Shown piece after piece: positions 1 to 14,041 of a DNA stretch of 64,000 nucleotides. Numbering within the stretch: position 1 is the stretch's first letter; each line of letters opens with the position of its first letter. The position numbers were made by a program, and so were the translations under genes. The stretch is from contig OZ024740.1 of NCBI GenBank assembly GCA_964016885.1, positions 302,808,001-302,872,000 of the forward strand, in the 5' to 3' direction. Source of the stretch: Eledone cirrhosa (lineage: Eukaryota). Below the pieces are notes generated by a model that had not been told where the DNA came from, made no database searches, and saw nothing but the letters and a program-made list of their open reading frames with translations.

Positions 1-1863
1 GTTCCCCACTCTTGGATGATAGAGGCCCTCCAACTTGCTAAAGCCCCAGACATTATTGTCAGAGCCATAGAGAGGGTGTCTTCTTCTTGGGCTACTATCC
101 TAAGATTAAAAACAGGGAGGGAGGACTCTATTTTCACTGATAAAATAAAATATTGCAGGGGTATATTTCAGGGGGACAGTCTCTCTGTGATATTATTCAT
201 CTTGTCATTAAACCCCTTGTCCTTCCTGCTCAAGAAATGTGAGGGATACATCATTGACTCGCAGGAGGACAGAAATACGAAACTAACCCATAATTTCTTT
301 GTGGACGATCTGAAACTCTATACCAAGAACATGGATGGGATGAATAAACATCTTGACCTGGTTACAACGTTCTCAAAGGATATAGGAATGGAGCTTGGCC
401 AAGATAAATTCGTATACATGACTGTAAAGCGGGGAAAAACAACAACCCAATCTAGCAACATTGTCATCAATGGCCTAACTGTTTCACCGATATCTGATGA
501 GGACTGCTACAGATACCTGGGGATAGATGAGAACATATCCTATAATGGTATCTGTAATAAAGAACGCGTAACCAGGGAATACTACATCCGATTAAGAGAG
601 ATCTGGTCATCGGAACTCTCTGCGCAAAACAAAACAGTGGCTCACAATGTGTTTGCTGTGCCTGTCCTAACACCAATGTTTGGAATACTCAGTTGGACGA
701 TAGACGAAATCCGAGCAGTTGATGTTGGAACTCGAAAAATACTGAACAACACCGGAAACTTCCACATCAACAATGACATAGACCGCCTTTACTTGAAACG
801 TAAGCAGGGAAGCAGAGGCCTAACATCAGTCCAGACAACATTTGAATGTCGCATCATATCTCTCCGACAACATCTACGAACCTCGAAGCGCAGGAGCCCG
901 TTTCTGGAGCAAGTCTTTCTGCATGAAACAGACAAGATCATGAGAGTTGGGAGGGAACTCCTTGAGAGATATTCCCTGTGTGATAATCAAAATTTCACAC
1001 CCAGGGATGTCGCTCTGCAGTATCGCAGTGAATCCATGGATGAAAAACTGCATGCCTATCAGCAAAAGATCATGCATGGATATGTTGCCAGGAAGCTCCA
1101 GAGTGAGAGTAATATAGATAAGGAAAGTAGTCTATCTTGGACCAACAACTGCTATATTGGCTCCCACTTTGAAGGATACGCTTTTGCAATCCAGGAACAG
1201 GAGATTAGCACGAAAAACCTGTTTCACAAAAGAGATAGGGATGCAGGCAAAACACCTAGATGTGATAACAAGTGCAGACTCTGCAGAACTAACATCGAGG
1301 ATATCACCCATGTCACCAGCAGCTGTCCAAAGATGTCATCGCGGTACTATCCACCTATGAGGTATGATGTAGTGGCCAAAACACTGTACAATGCAGTTCG
1401 TAAAAACGATAGCCCCGATAATAAACACATTAAAAGCTACAACAATGTGGAAGACATCCATGTACATAATATGAAAGAGTACTGGTGGAATGTTCCAGTA
1501 AAAACCCCAATAAAATGCAGGCATAACAGACCAGATATGATATGGGACAGGGAGAAGAAAACATGCACAGTAGTGGAAATTAGCTGCCCAACAGATGCCA
1601 ATATAATATCAAAGATTAGTGAAAAGGAGTATATTTATGCAGAACTGATGAGAAATCTGCAGATACTCCACCCTGATTACACCTTCAGATTTATGCCTGT
1701 GATTATTGGGGCACTGGGATATGTTAGTAACTGCCTCAATAGAAATCTTGAGAAGCTAGGCTTCACAGGAACAGAAAGAACACAACTAGTTAGGAAATTA
1801 CAAGTACAATCCATTAATGGAACAGTAAAAATATGTAAAACATTCCAAATATGTTGCATCTAA
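1..1863 (+). CDS. 3' part of non-LTR retrotransposon ORF: reverse transcriptase, CCHC zinc knuckle and restriction-like endonuclease (R4/Dong-like)
   Basis: Frame is open from base 1 (VPHSW, the tail of the AFDSVPHSW motif). Contains GIFQGDSLS, FFVDDLKLY, YRYLG, CRLC...HVTSSC knuckle, RYD (normally RHD), and RPD...VVEISCP...K..IY RLE core. Confidence 0.93.
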   Translation, partial: VPHSWMIEALQLAKAPDIIVRAIERVSSSWATILRLKTGREDSIFTDKIKYCRGIFQGDSLSVILFILSLNPLSFLLKKCEGYIIDSQEDRNTKLTHNFFVDDLKLYTKNMDGMNKHLDLVTTFSKDIGMELGQDKFVYMTVKRGKTTTQSSNIVINGLTVSPISDEDCYRYLGIDENISYNGICNKERVTREYYIRLREIWSSELSAQNKTVAHNVFAVPVLTPMFGILSWTIDEIRAVDVGTRKILNNTGNFHINNDIDRLYLKRKQGSRGLTSVQTTFECRIISLRQHLRTSKRRSPFLEQVFLHETDKIMRVGRELLERYSLCDNQNFTPRDVALQYRSESMDEKLHAYQQKIMHGYVARKLQSESNIDKESSLSWTNNCYIGSHFEGYAFAIQEQEISTKNLFHKRDRDAGKTPRCDNKCRLCRTNIEDITHVTSSCPKMSSRYYPPMRYDVVAKTLYNAVRKNDSPDNKHIKSYNNVEDIHVHNMKEYWWNVPVKTPIKCRHNRPDMIWDREKKTCTVVEISCPTDANIISKISEKEYIYAELMRNLQILHPDYTFRFMPVIIGALGYVSNCLNRNLEKLGFTGTERTQLVRKLQVQSINGTVKICKTFQICCI

Positions 1864-2090
1864 TAACTGCATATACACATGTACAGATATAAAGCATATA
1901 CACATGCATACATACAACTCAAAACATACACATCCACACATACAATAACATCCATATCTACACATGCATGCATACATACATATCTACCTAGTTGATGTTG
2001 TGTAAATTCCAATGAGAGAGTCTTGTGTCTATGTTAGAAATCGACTCTCTCTCTATTGGTAAAACTTTGTGAAATTATAAAACCAGAACA
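1..2090 (+). mobile_element. R4/Dong-like RLE LINE, cut by the window start, with ~225-bp 3' UTR ending ...AAACCAGAACA followed by (TACA)n
   Basis: ORF as above. The 3' UTR is matched by the copy at 26259-26874, and the terminus by 27417-27468. Confidence 0.88.
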
Positions 2091-2157
2091 TACATACATA
2101 TATACATACATACTAATATATATATATATACACACACACACATACACACACATATAG

Positions 2158-2222
<65 letters not shown>

Positions 2223-2412
2223 AATGTGTATTTGTGTGTTTTTGTGCGTGTTTGGGGGGGGGTGTAAATATGAAGATAGATATGAGTAAGGTAGATAGAT
2301 TTAGTGTAGATATATCCAGAGGTTTTGAATTAGAAATATAATACATATATTTATTTATTAAGACACACACACACATATACGTACACCTGTATCAACTATG
2401 TATATATATGTA

Positions 2413-2449
<37 letters not shown>

Positions 2450-2939
2450 GCATTTATGTGTATATAACAAATACAATATTCTATATTACATTTAAATATT
2501 TACACAGATTGAACATACATATCAATATAATCATCTGTATAGTATCGGTATATCAAATTAGATTTGAATATGTATAAGTACAAACAGAAAATCGTACACA
2601 CATTGGCCCACACATATACTCACATATACGCACACTAGTATACATAGAGACTCATATATGAATGTATGTATTTATGTGCGTAGGTGAGTATGTTTGGGTG
2701 CGTGTTATAGCGTCAGTGTACGTGCATCCTAATGCGAGCGTATGTCTCTATATAATCACGAGAAAGAGTGATTAATGCGTGTCATAAAGTATATTTATTC
2801 GTACGAAGCTGATGGTTCACTTCACCGATACTCCGAGTTTTTCTTTTTTTCTTTGGCAAAATTATTTTGGTCACTACCTAAAGGATGACATAGTAAATCA
2901 TTCGCTTGAAACAAATGTTTGTATATATATATATATATA

Positions 2940-3010
<71 letters not shown>

Positions 3011-3200
3011 TTAATATAGATGAGATTCTTCAGGAATATATATATATATATATAAGTAGGAGGTGAGTTTTATTGTAGCACAATAAAGCAATGCAAATAT
3101 CTTCCTCTTCCTTACCTTTTCCACCCCCACCCCCCATCCCCTCACTTTTCCCCAATCTCATACATCAATCTTAATTTATGTTTTATATGTTGATTTAAAA

Positions 3201-3346
3201 CTTCACTATTCACAAGTGTTTTTTAAGCATCATATCATGTCTCCCTATTTTATCTGATGAGAACGCAGATATCACCCCATGATGATATTTGTTTTTGAAA
3301 TGCGCATAATAAAATACTTGGAACTCTTTTAACCATCTTTTGATCT

Positions 3347-3350
<4 letters not shown>
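3201..3350 (+). mobile_element. Family A short hammerhead-bearing element ending in (TA)n
   Basis: Closely matches 5444-5591 and runs directly into (TA)n at ~3350. Confidence 0.75.
3246..3316 (+). ncRNA. Type I hammerhead ribozyme (family A)
   Basis: TATTTTAT-CTGATGA-[GAACGCAGATATCA...TGATATTTGTTTTT stem II]-GAA-ATGCGCAT (palindromic stem III)-A-ATAAAATA. Stem I is 8 bp perfect; cleavage triplet AUA. Confidence 0.85.
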
Positions 3351-3397
<47 letters not shown>

Positions 3398-3443
3398 TTC
3401 ATGTTCACACAGTATACTCTCTAACACACGCACGCAAATACAT

Positions 3444-3529
<86 letters not shown>

Positions 3530-4667
3530 ACACACATGCACGCACACACATGCACGCACATACACACACTCATTCTCTCTCTTTTTATTTCATCGCTCTA
3601 TTTGTTTCCACTTCTTTCTCTCCATTCTCTCTATCTCTCTATCTATCTCTATCTCTCTCTTTCTCTCCCTTTCTCTAACTCTGCTTTTCTCTTATTTCTG
3701 ATAATTTCACCTGTTTCGGGTCGTTTTATTCAGGTAAGTTTCATCCCCTTTTATCCCTTGACTTATCCCCAGTTTTGCTTCAATGAAATACTGGCTCCAG
3801 AACCTAGACCGGCAACCATTAGTTGCCTTACCTGTTCACTATTTCTCTTTCCTATACAGCCATTTCAACAACTACGCTAGCTTCTGTAGCAGTTCCTGCT
3901 TCTGCAGCTGCTGTCTCCATCTTGTACCATTTTGTCAACTGTCCAACTATACTTATTTATCGTTTAGCTATGGTTTTATAATGTCAACTATATTTTTACA
4001 AGCAGAAGTTATACAATGATATAGAGATGAAAACCAAATTAAGTAATGAAAAAACAAGGGGGATAAAATAAAAAAAGGGGCCGATCTGGCTGTATAGGAA
4101 AGTAAAGGAAAGACTATAAATGTCATAAAAGAGAGAAAGAACAAGGATTATAAGGCAGTGGGAGAAAGAGAGAGGGAAGGGGAGAGGGTGATAGACTCTG
4201 CGCCTAGGTCATTATTCTTTTCCTATATCTATCTTACCAGTAATATCTTTACCTGTTCTTATTTTTGTATCGTATTTTGGCTGTCCTTTTCTGTTGCTCG
4301 TTTTGACTATTATTGATACTTCAAAATACCTTACTTTCTGTACATTTCTATTCATTTATCCTTCTTTTCAATTGTGTCTGTCTCCCTATCTATCTGGCTT
4401 TCTCTCAGTTTCTCTCCCCCCCCCCCCATCCCTCCCCCTCCCCTCTCCCCCTTGCCCTCCTCTCTCTCTCTCTATCTCTATTTCTTATTCTCTTTCTCTT
4501 CCCCGCTCTCTCCCTCCTCCCATCTTTCTATCTCTACTTCTCACTGTCTTTCTTTCTCTCTTTCCCTTTCTCCCTCTTTGTCTATGTATCTATGTGTGTG
4601 TGCGTGTATGTATTTCTGTGTGTGTGTGTGCGTACGTGTCTATCTATCTGTCTGTCTGTATGTATGT

Positions 4668-4717
<50 letters not shown>

Positions 4718-4813
4718 TTATCCGTATTTATTTTATTTCCTAAGTATCTCTCAAAAGTATTTCTTAAAAAATACCTTTCTGATTTCAACAACACAGTGAA
4801 TCAAATGTAAATA

Positions 4814-5000
4814 TAATTGTTTCTACTTTTGGCACAAGGCCAGCAATTATCCTAGTACATTACTGGTACTTTATTTTATCGACCCCGTAAGGATGAAAGG
4901 CAAAGTTAACCTCGGCGGGAATTGAACTCAGATCGTAAAGGGACGTAACTATGCTGGAAAGCATGTCCGACCCTCTACCGATACTGCCAATTCCCCGCCC
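4814..5000 (-). mobile_element. tRNA-derived SINE (main family)
   Basis: Minus strand has A box TGGCAGTATCGG and B box GAGTTCAATTCC, then the body shared with ~12 copies in the window. Confidence 0.85.
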
Positions 5001-5027
5001 TTGATATGGTGACGGTAAAAGGGTTTT

Positions 5028-5288
<261 letters not shown>

Positions 5289-5316
5289 ATAAAAAGATGG
5301 TTAAAAGAGTTCCATG

Positions 5317-5387
5317 TATTTTATTATGCGCATTTCAAAAACAAATATCATCATGCAATAATATTTGTGTTTTCATCAGATAAAATA
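5317..5387 (-). ncRNA. Type I hammerhead ribozyme (family A, left arm)
   Basis: Reverse complement reads TATTTTAT CTGATGA AAACACAAATATTATTGCATGATGATATTTGTTTTT GAAA TGCGCATA ATAAAATA. Confidence 0.85.
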
Positions 5388-5485
5388 GGAAGACATGATA
5401 TGAAGGTTAAAAAACACTTGTGAATAGTGCAGTTTTAAAACTGCACTATTCACAAGTGTTTTTTAACCTTCATATTATGTCTTCC

Positions 5486-5556
5486 TATTTTATCTGATGA
5501 AAACACAAATATTATTGCATGATGATATTTGTTTTTGAAATGCGCATAAGAAAATA
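5486..5556 (+). ncRNA. Type I hammerhead ribozyme (family A, right arm)
   Basis: CTGATGA 5494-5500, GAAA 5537-5540, ATGCGCAT-A, then AGAAAATA (one stem I mismatch). Confidence 0.8.
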
Positions 5557-5684
5557 CATGGAACTCTTTTAACCATCTTTTGATCTTATATATTATGTAT
5601 ACTCCAGTCCTACAAACTGTAGAGTGCTTCTTATCCGATATCTGCATTGCTTTATTGTACTACAATAAAATTCACCTCCTACAC

Positions 5685-5892
<208 letters not shown>

Positions 5893-7791
5893 TATATATA
5901 TATTTCTCAATATATATATATATATATAACGGCGATGAATTAGTTTTGCGAGGTTTTTGATATGAAATCGTGTGTCGAAACAAATATTGTTATACTTGGG
6001 GAGGGTCATATTTGTGTAATATTGCCAGAATTAATAACAGAACACACTCACTGTTTGGTTGGTTTTCACTTTTCGCTTCTGTGTCATTTATATCGGTAAT
6101 CTAATTTATCCGGTCCTCAATGTTGCCATTGACTGACCAACGGTCAAAAATACAGATACAATATAGACACAAACACATATATATAGTTTATCAAAGTTCT
6201 TTCGTTGCACATCTGCAACATCTGCAACATCGTCAGTGGTGCTATTGTTTCCTCCCGTTGCATTGTATTTTCTACGCTATCTTTATTTAGTCTGTTTATA
6301 TATTTATTTATTTATATATGTAAAATATATATATATAGAGAGAGGGGGGGGGGGGGGCGAAAGAAAGTGAGAGAGAGAAAGAGAGAGATAGAGAGAGAGA
6401 AATATATGTATATGGATGGATAGATAGATTGATAGATAGATAGTTAGATGGATAGATACATAGATAGATAGATCGATAGATAGATTATATACGTATAGAA
6501 ATACAAGGAAACTTCGTTTTACATATGTGTCAGCTTATTTATATGTTGTCTACGTATTCATTCATGTGTTAGTGCTTTTGTAAAATAAAATAATTGATTT
6601 CTTTTTTAAGAATTTAATAATCCTTTAACACGAATGTAGTTTATCTGTTTATATGTCAAATGCCGTTGACAATCAAGATGCGGTGGCTGTAACAGGTTCT
6701 TGTTTGCGTTTGTAATCATTTAATTTTTTTAATGTATCACAAAACGAATGACACCCTAATACCCTATGTTGGTTTCTAGATTCATGACCACAGTTGTTGT
6801 CAATGGTTTGCAAAGGATTAGACACAACTTATTTGACAGATACCTCCTTCATGTTTCATATGAATCTGATTTTCCAAAACACCACTGAGAGACAAATATT
6901 TTGGTTTTATTGTTAAATAACTGTTGATCCATACGATCTGCACCAGTGGTACATATCTCCGGTTGCCATGGTACTTAGCTAATGGGAGATACATATATTC
7001 CATCCTGTCGCATGTCCTTGTTTTTCCTTATTGATGTTGTTGTCATTGTTGTTATTAGTGTTATTATTATTTAAGCACATACCAAAGACATTCAGTCAGT
7101 GACGATCACGAAACGTTAGACATACGGCTATAAACACCTACATTTTACAAGTGTAGTGCTTAGTTTGGGAGAGAATTCGGCTGTTATTTTTAACAGGTTA
7201 AACAAACACGCAGAGGCTCCCTGTTTCCTCGTCCCAAGTACAGATACTGGTTACAATGGTAAATTATACCACCTTATGTTGTCTACCTAGGACTAAGTGT
7301 GCTTGTCTGTTCTAAGTTCCGTGTGTTGGCCATTGAAACATCACAGCACAAACCACCAAACATCGAAACTAACTTGAATCTTGAAATCTTGAATCATTTG
7401 AAGCTTATCTCTTGTTCTTAGGTATTAAATATTATATATGAAAACATATATGTATATAGGATACGGTGAATTGGCAGGTGTAGTGGAGTGTACGATAGAA
7501 TGAGTTGCATTAATTGTTCCGTTTCCTAGTGATCTGAGCTCATATTCCGACGATATCAAATTCGCTTTCCATTCTTTCAGGTTCAACCTCTCTCTCTCTC
7601 TCTCTTTTTTTTTTCTCTCTTTCTTTCTCTTTCTCTCTCTCTTCCTCTCTCTTTTTTTCTCTCTCTCTTTCTCTCTCTCTCTCTTTCTCTCTCTCTCTTT
7701 CTCTTTCTCTCTCTCTTCCTCTCTCTCACTCACTCTCTCACGCTTTCTCTGTGTCTCCGTCTCACTCTCACTCTCTCTCTTACCCTCTTTC

Positions 7792-7822
<31 letters not shown>

Positions 7823-8470
7823 TTCTCCCTTCAGCTGTGACATCCTCGCTATTCCATTGAGATAAAGGTGGGAGGATCGAGAAAGTATCTCTGTTGGGTT
7901 GAGACTACATGGGAACTTAAAGGAATTGATGAATACATAGTACATAATTATACAAATAAAACTCGATTACGTGTCAACCAAATTTATGCTCTCGTATATA
8001 ATTTCAAACATACTCAAAAACTCCCACAACACGTACACAAACATATAAACACAATTACCCACGCTCACGAATTTCTACATATGAAAACACATTCCTAAAT
8101 GTCCATAAGAGAGAGAAGAGATATTTCTATAACCGCAAAGTATCTTAATAGGAAATTTATTTGAAAGTAATTGGTACCTGTTTTTTGCAATGTTCTGTTT
8201 GTAGTGAAACATAAAATAACAACGTACCCAAAGCCTGCAAACTGTGCTTGGATCTACAGTGAAATCACGCAATACAAATGGGACTACGGGAAAATAATTG
8301 CAATGATTTCTTACTTAAGCAAAAGGCCTCAAATATGGAAGGAGCGGAGTGTGCTTGAAGATTCCCCAACCACGGGCAAAGTGTCTACACCCGTTGCAGT
8401 TAGCAATTTACAGAAATATGGATAACCACAACACCTCCCTCTCTCTCTATATATATATATGTATGTGTGT

Positions 8471-8611
<141 letters not shown>

Positions 8612-8757
8612 AAGAGAGAGAGAGAAGGGAGAGAGAGAAGGGAGAGGGAGATATAGAGATGAATAGATAAGTAGATAGCTAGATAGATAGATAGATAGAT
8701 AGATACATAGCTGAGATATTACTTAGTGCTATGAAAACGCCAGGTGGTAGATCCTTA

Positions 8758-8798
<41 letters not shown>

Positions 8799-8800
8799 AT

Positions 8801-8992
8801 ATATAGAAATGGCTTCTACAGGACTAGAACTGTTTCATTCGGGAGAAATCATGAGGAAGCCCTCATGATTTCTCCCGAATGAAACAGTTCTAGTCCTGTA
8901 GAAGCCATTTCTATATTAAATATTTATACCCTGCTATATATTGAGTACCTTACTTACTGTGGTTACCCTTGATTGAACCCGAGATAAAGTTA
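8801..8992 (+). mobile_element. Family B fold-back element in (TA)n
   Basis: Perfect inverted repeat 8801-8856/8861-8916 (loop AAGC). Right arm reads CTCATGA TTTCTCCCGAAT GAAAC AGTTCTA GTC, then ATTAAA, TTGAGTACC and (TA)n. Confidence 0.8.
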
Positions 8993-9000
8993 TATATATA

Positions 9001-9148
9001 TAGTGTGTGGTTGAACACTGGGAGGTTATATCCGCAGTAGTAGAGCCCTCAGTGTATGAGATGAGTTTGGTAGAAGTTAATTCCACAACAGTTAATTAAC
9101 CATTATTGAGAACACATGTTTCACCTTGCGGATCTTCACACTCTACTT
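9001..9148 (-). mobile_element. Short element with degenerate hammerhead
   Basis: Minus strand GTGAAGA TCC GCAA GGT GAA ACATGT G, then a TGAGGGCTCT box, ending in (TA)n. Confidence 0.5.
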
Positions 9149-10852
9149 ATCTATATGAATATATAGATAAAATATATAGATAAAAATATCGCTAAATATT
9201 TAATTATATCCATTCTTTACTCTCGTTGACTACTCATATTATTAATGATTTCTAGGCAAAATATATATTAGCTGCTCTACTACCCCCCCCCCTTATCTTT
9301 CTGCATTTAACTTATTGACAGACGAGGGATATCCAAATAGATTTGAGATTTGATTCCTGATTTATAGATCTTGAGTTCAGTTCCTATATGACAGCTATCG
9401 GTGCCAGAAGCTAGGTCACTTCTTGTAATATTGGTTCCATAAGACTGATATCTTGTTCAAGACCATTTCTAACTCTCATGTGCTTAGAACAAGTTAAAGG
9501 AACCCTTTTCACACACACACACATGCATATATATATATATACCCGGGATGAGTTCTTAGAAAAAGCAACCACTTGGAGAACTATATTCAATGGACGGTAG
9601 CTTTCAAATATCATACTCATAGAATTTGCCAACTTAATGTGTTCAGTAGTCAGAAACATACGTATGGATATGTGTATGTATGTGTTCATGTATGTTTGCG
9701 TATCTATGGTTTGAGGGGGCGTTGTGTGTGGTTGTACTGACTTAGAGAATGAGAAATAATGGATATCATAAGACCTGTAGCCCACCTACCATGTTTTGTC
9801 TTTATATTTGCCAGATTTTGATAACACTTCCTTATCCACTCATAAACATGCAGTTATATTATTTAGACACCTTTCGAAACTCTAGATGGCAAGAAAAAGA
9901 ATCATGGCAGATAGAAAACTGTCTCCAAATAACCAACTACTTCGATCATAAAACAGAACTCGATGTTCACAACAATGAATATTTATTCCAATCTCTTGAA
10001 ATTATCGACTACCATCTCATGTGATACAAACTTTCTAAATTTGACACTTTCCTATCTTGTTATAAATGTCACTGAATAGTTGAAGGAGTTGAGCTATATT
10101 TCTGGGTCAAATTCTCTATAGTCAGACTCAGAACAAAATATCTCAATTGAAGTGTAACTAATAGTGGTTCTTAATCAAATACGCTACGTCATTTCCAGAA
10201 GATGTTGTATCTGCCAAACCACTATTTTCATCCGAGAACTTTTCCATCAATCAGAAACATTTTCTGATTTTCATACTGCAATTCTGTTTTGATTTTTACG
10301 TGATTTCAAATGCTTCATCGTTTCTTACATTTTTGTTGCTGTTGTTGTTTAGCCAGTTTTATGTATTGGGATTCGTATGTTGTTGCCTAGCCCTTAGTTC
10401 ACCGGCCATTAAACCTATGACAAAAATGCTACTGACATGCTTAATCATTCTGTACTTTGTAGAATATATCATTCAATCTTCCTTTCATATTTTTAATAGT
10501 AGGACGTGATTTAATAGTAGGATGTGATCTAGCAAAGTTTGTTTTCACATCTTTTGGACTTAGGTTTTCATAATCTGTCATAAAACACTGCGTCTTATAC
10601 AACAACGTCAACTGTAGTTAATGGAAATCCGGGAAAGGAACTGGCATAAGCCACAGCCATGAACAAGGCACGAGCAAATTGTGTGTATGTGTGTGTATGA
10701 GTGTGTTTGTGTATGTGTATGTCTGTATGTGTGTGTGCGTGTGTGTGTGAAAAAATATCCGTAGATGTGAAAAAGGAAAAAAAGAAAACAATGCTCAATC
10801 AGGAAAAGAGCTGATATAATACATTTATGTTCATATACAGAGAAAAAAAACC

Positions 10853-11034
10853 CTACCTAAGGTTTGAAGGCCCAATATTGGTCATATCTCCAGAATGTAA
10901 AAGGAATTAAAATTATGCCCAAATCTTCAGGCACTAATAAGCGTATAATCGCCTGAAGATTTGGTCACAATTTTCATCCCCTCTTACATTTCTGGAGATA
11001 TGGCCAATATTAGGCATTGAAACTTTAGGTAGCG
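10853..11034 (+). mobile_element. Family I diverged palindrome with long-stem-II hammerhead-like motif
   Basis: Arms ~10853-10932 and ~10951-11032. Right arm CGC CTGAAGA TTTGGTCA...TGGCCAA...GAAAC TTTAG GTA GCG; the left arm gives stem III ACCT-T-AGGT. Confidence 0.62.
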
Positions 11035-11087
11035 CTTTTTTCTCTGTATATGAACATAAATAAATTATAATATATATATTGGAAAAG

Positions 11088-11192
11088 GGTTAGGACCCGA
11101 ACGGCTGAGCTCCGGCCGTTTCGACAGCTAGATCCGAAACGGCTGGAGCTCAGCCGTCGGTGTCCTGACACTTTTCCTATTACCCACTCTAC
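11088..11192 (+). mobile_element. Family C diverged fold-back copy
   Basis: ACGGCTGAGCTCCGGCCGTTTCG...CGAAACGGCTGGAGCTCAGCCGTC and CCTATTACCCACTCTAC match 24875-25069. Confidence 0.75.
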
Positions 11193-11206
11193 GTACATAC
11201 ACACAT

Positions 11207-11242
<36 letters not shown>

Positions 11243-12673
11243 GGATGTAAATATAATGTATTTTGCAATACACTTTATGCTTAATTAAAAGCATTTTGAA
11301 GACCGTAAGCTATTGTTTTAAAGTAGTGACAAATTCACTCACTTCGATCTCAGCAAACAGGAGGAGATATATATATATATTTATATATATATATGTGTGT
11401 TTATGTGTGTGTGTGTGCATATATGTATGTATGAATGTATGTATTTATGCATATTTATGATAGTTGTATGTCTGTGTCTGCTTTATCAAGGCTGATTAAG
11501 AACTAAATAATAAACATGCATACATTAATAATATTTGAGTTGATATGTCGTTGAATTCATACGTATGAACCACAGTTTTCTTTTGTTCCAAACCATAGCA
11601 CTTTGCTTTAAATAGCTAGGTGTATTTAGCTCTAAATATGTACCACAATGAAGTATAGTTTTCCTATATAATCAGGGTTTGCATTGTTCTATTTGGTTTT
11701 ACAATACTGAATAAACACACAACACACATACACACATACACGAATGCAAACTCACACACACACACCTAAGAAAAACGTTAGTTATGGGAAACAAGTGCCT
11801 TATCTAAAAGAGAATGGTTTATTGTCTTCCAATAATGTTTATAAAACCACTGTAGAATGTTTGTTCAATGAACTGCCGTATATAAGAAACGATGGGTGAT
11901 TAGTCATTAATTCGTATCTGGCATGGTATCTCCTTGTAAACTTTTCAATTAGTTCTTAAGACAAGAAACGTAACTTCACTAACTCTAAACTAATTGGGCG
12001 TCAGACGTATAGCTGCGTCTTCTTATATCTGTTTTTGTAATATTTAGAAATAAAACAATTGTCTAATTTGAATGTCAGAATTAATCTTATTCATTTACAG
12101 AGCACAGACATGATTAAACAAACTAAACGGACATCCTTTAATATATACTCACACTTGCATTCATCCTAAATAGACATATACGAATATTCAGAAAACACAT
12201 TCAAATGCATCCACATACATTTATACAAAAATGATCAAACATTAGTATGCTTTAAATGTTTTTGTATATACGTCCATATGTAGGCAAGTCATATTTTACT
12301 TCTGTATTTATGTCACTACCACAGCGCTTCTTGAACCATTTGATTTGTGGTTTGCCATTGATATTTCCCCGGAGTTCAAAGAGGATAGGCGAAATCTGTC
12401 AGTGCGATGGGTTTCAGCGATTTTTATGATATCAAACGCAGAACAATGTGTTTGGGAAGCGTCCTCCTTAATCACATTTCTATCTCTGCACCGCCTAGTG
12501 AGATTTGGACTTTGTCATTATCATATGTTGGTTTAACACAACGTACGTACCTGTTATGGCGTAGTTGCGGGTAACTGGCCTTAATAGTTATATTAAAACT
12601 CGCCCTACAGACGTGAGTGGGTGTGTATCTTCGATATGTTTACCTACTATATATACATATTGTATGGTTTCCC

Positions 12674-12792
<119 letters not shown>

Positions 12793-12884
12793 TATATGTA
12801 TATATATATATATAAGTATATATATATGTATATATATATGTATATATATATATATATGTATAAATAAATATATATATATATATA

Positions 12885-13737
12885 CAAAATTAAGATAAAT
12901 CAAATGAATTTAATCTCAATCTAAATTATGGGTGTCATGCCAGAAAGACATGCACCATATCACCCGCAAAATAAGCTCTAAGATTCTAACGAGTAGGTCC
13001 GAGCATTTTATAATAACTAGAAATTGATTAACATATAAATGAACATGAATAATCACAGGAGATAATTTTTACAAGTGTGTAACCACACATAGCTAGGTAG
13101 GTAACTAAATAAAGTTGACCAGAACTTCAAAAATAGATACCTTATAATATGATTAATCTTCCCTGAATATATTCCATTAAAGAAATATATTTCACCAATT
13201 AATCGAATGGTAAACCACGGGAGAGGATACTTGGATGTTCAACAAGGAAGAAGTTCCAGCGATCCGTGTTTACACTTCAAGTTCAAATCAGCGACTGGCC
13301 AGCAACACGTGCTATATCTACTAGAAATACACATATCATACTAGCTTCGTCCCAGTGGCGTGAATAGGGTTATCGATAACTAGAAACAGCAGTCGAGTCC
13401 TTTCAACAGAGTTAGCTCTACAATTAAGGAGCCGTATTTATATATCTATATCCAAAATTAAGATAAATCAAATGAATTTAATCTAAATCAAAATTATGAG
13501 TGTCATGCCAGAAAGACATGCGCCATATCACCCGCAAAATAAGCTCTAAGATTCTAACGAGTAGGTCCGAGCATTTTATAATAACTAGAAATTGATTAAC
13601 ATATAAATGAACATGAATAATCACAGGAGATAATTTTTACAAGTGTGTAACCACACATTGCTAGGTAGGTAACTAAATATATAAATAAATATATAAATAT
13701 ATAAATATTTATATGTTAATCAATTTCTAGTTATTAT
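12885..13737 (-). mobile_element. Family D: 568-bp unit in 1.4 tandem copies (227-bp direct repeats) plus an inverted terminal fragment, embedded in (TA)n
   Basis: 12885-13111 matches 13453-13679 with ~5 mismatches. 13707-13737 is the reverse complement of 13578-13608. (TA)n lies on both sides. Confidence 0.8.
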
Positions 13738-13791
<54 letters not shown>

Positions 13792-13957
13792 AATTATACA
13801 AACGACAAGTGCACTTTCACTGTTTTAACTCGCAAATTTGAAAGTTGTGCAAATCAGTGGTTTTTGATGTTTGTTGAGCCACATTTTGGCGATATACAGA
13901 GCAGTCTAACTGTTCAGAAAGAACATTCTTCTTACGCAAGTAGTCATAGCTAAGCTC

Positions 13958-14041
<84 letters not shown>

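Noticed and set aside
4814-5000. tRNA gene call from the A/B boxes
   Set aside because: No cloverleaf, and the boxes are attached to a multi-copy SINE body.
5930-6000. Possible hammerhead GCGATGA...GAAACAAATATTGTT
   Set aside because: The core is mutated and there is no convincing stem I or II.
12885-13679. Classical LTR retrotransposon or TRIM
   Set aside because: No TG...CA termini, primer-binding site or polypurine tract seen; kept as an unclassified partial-tandem element.
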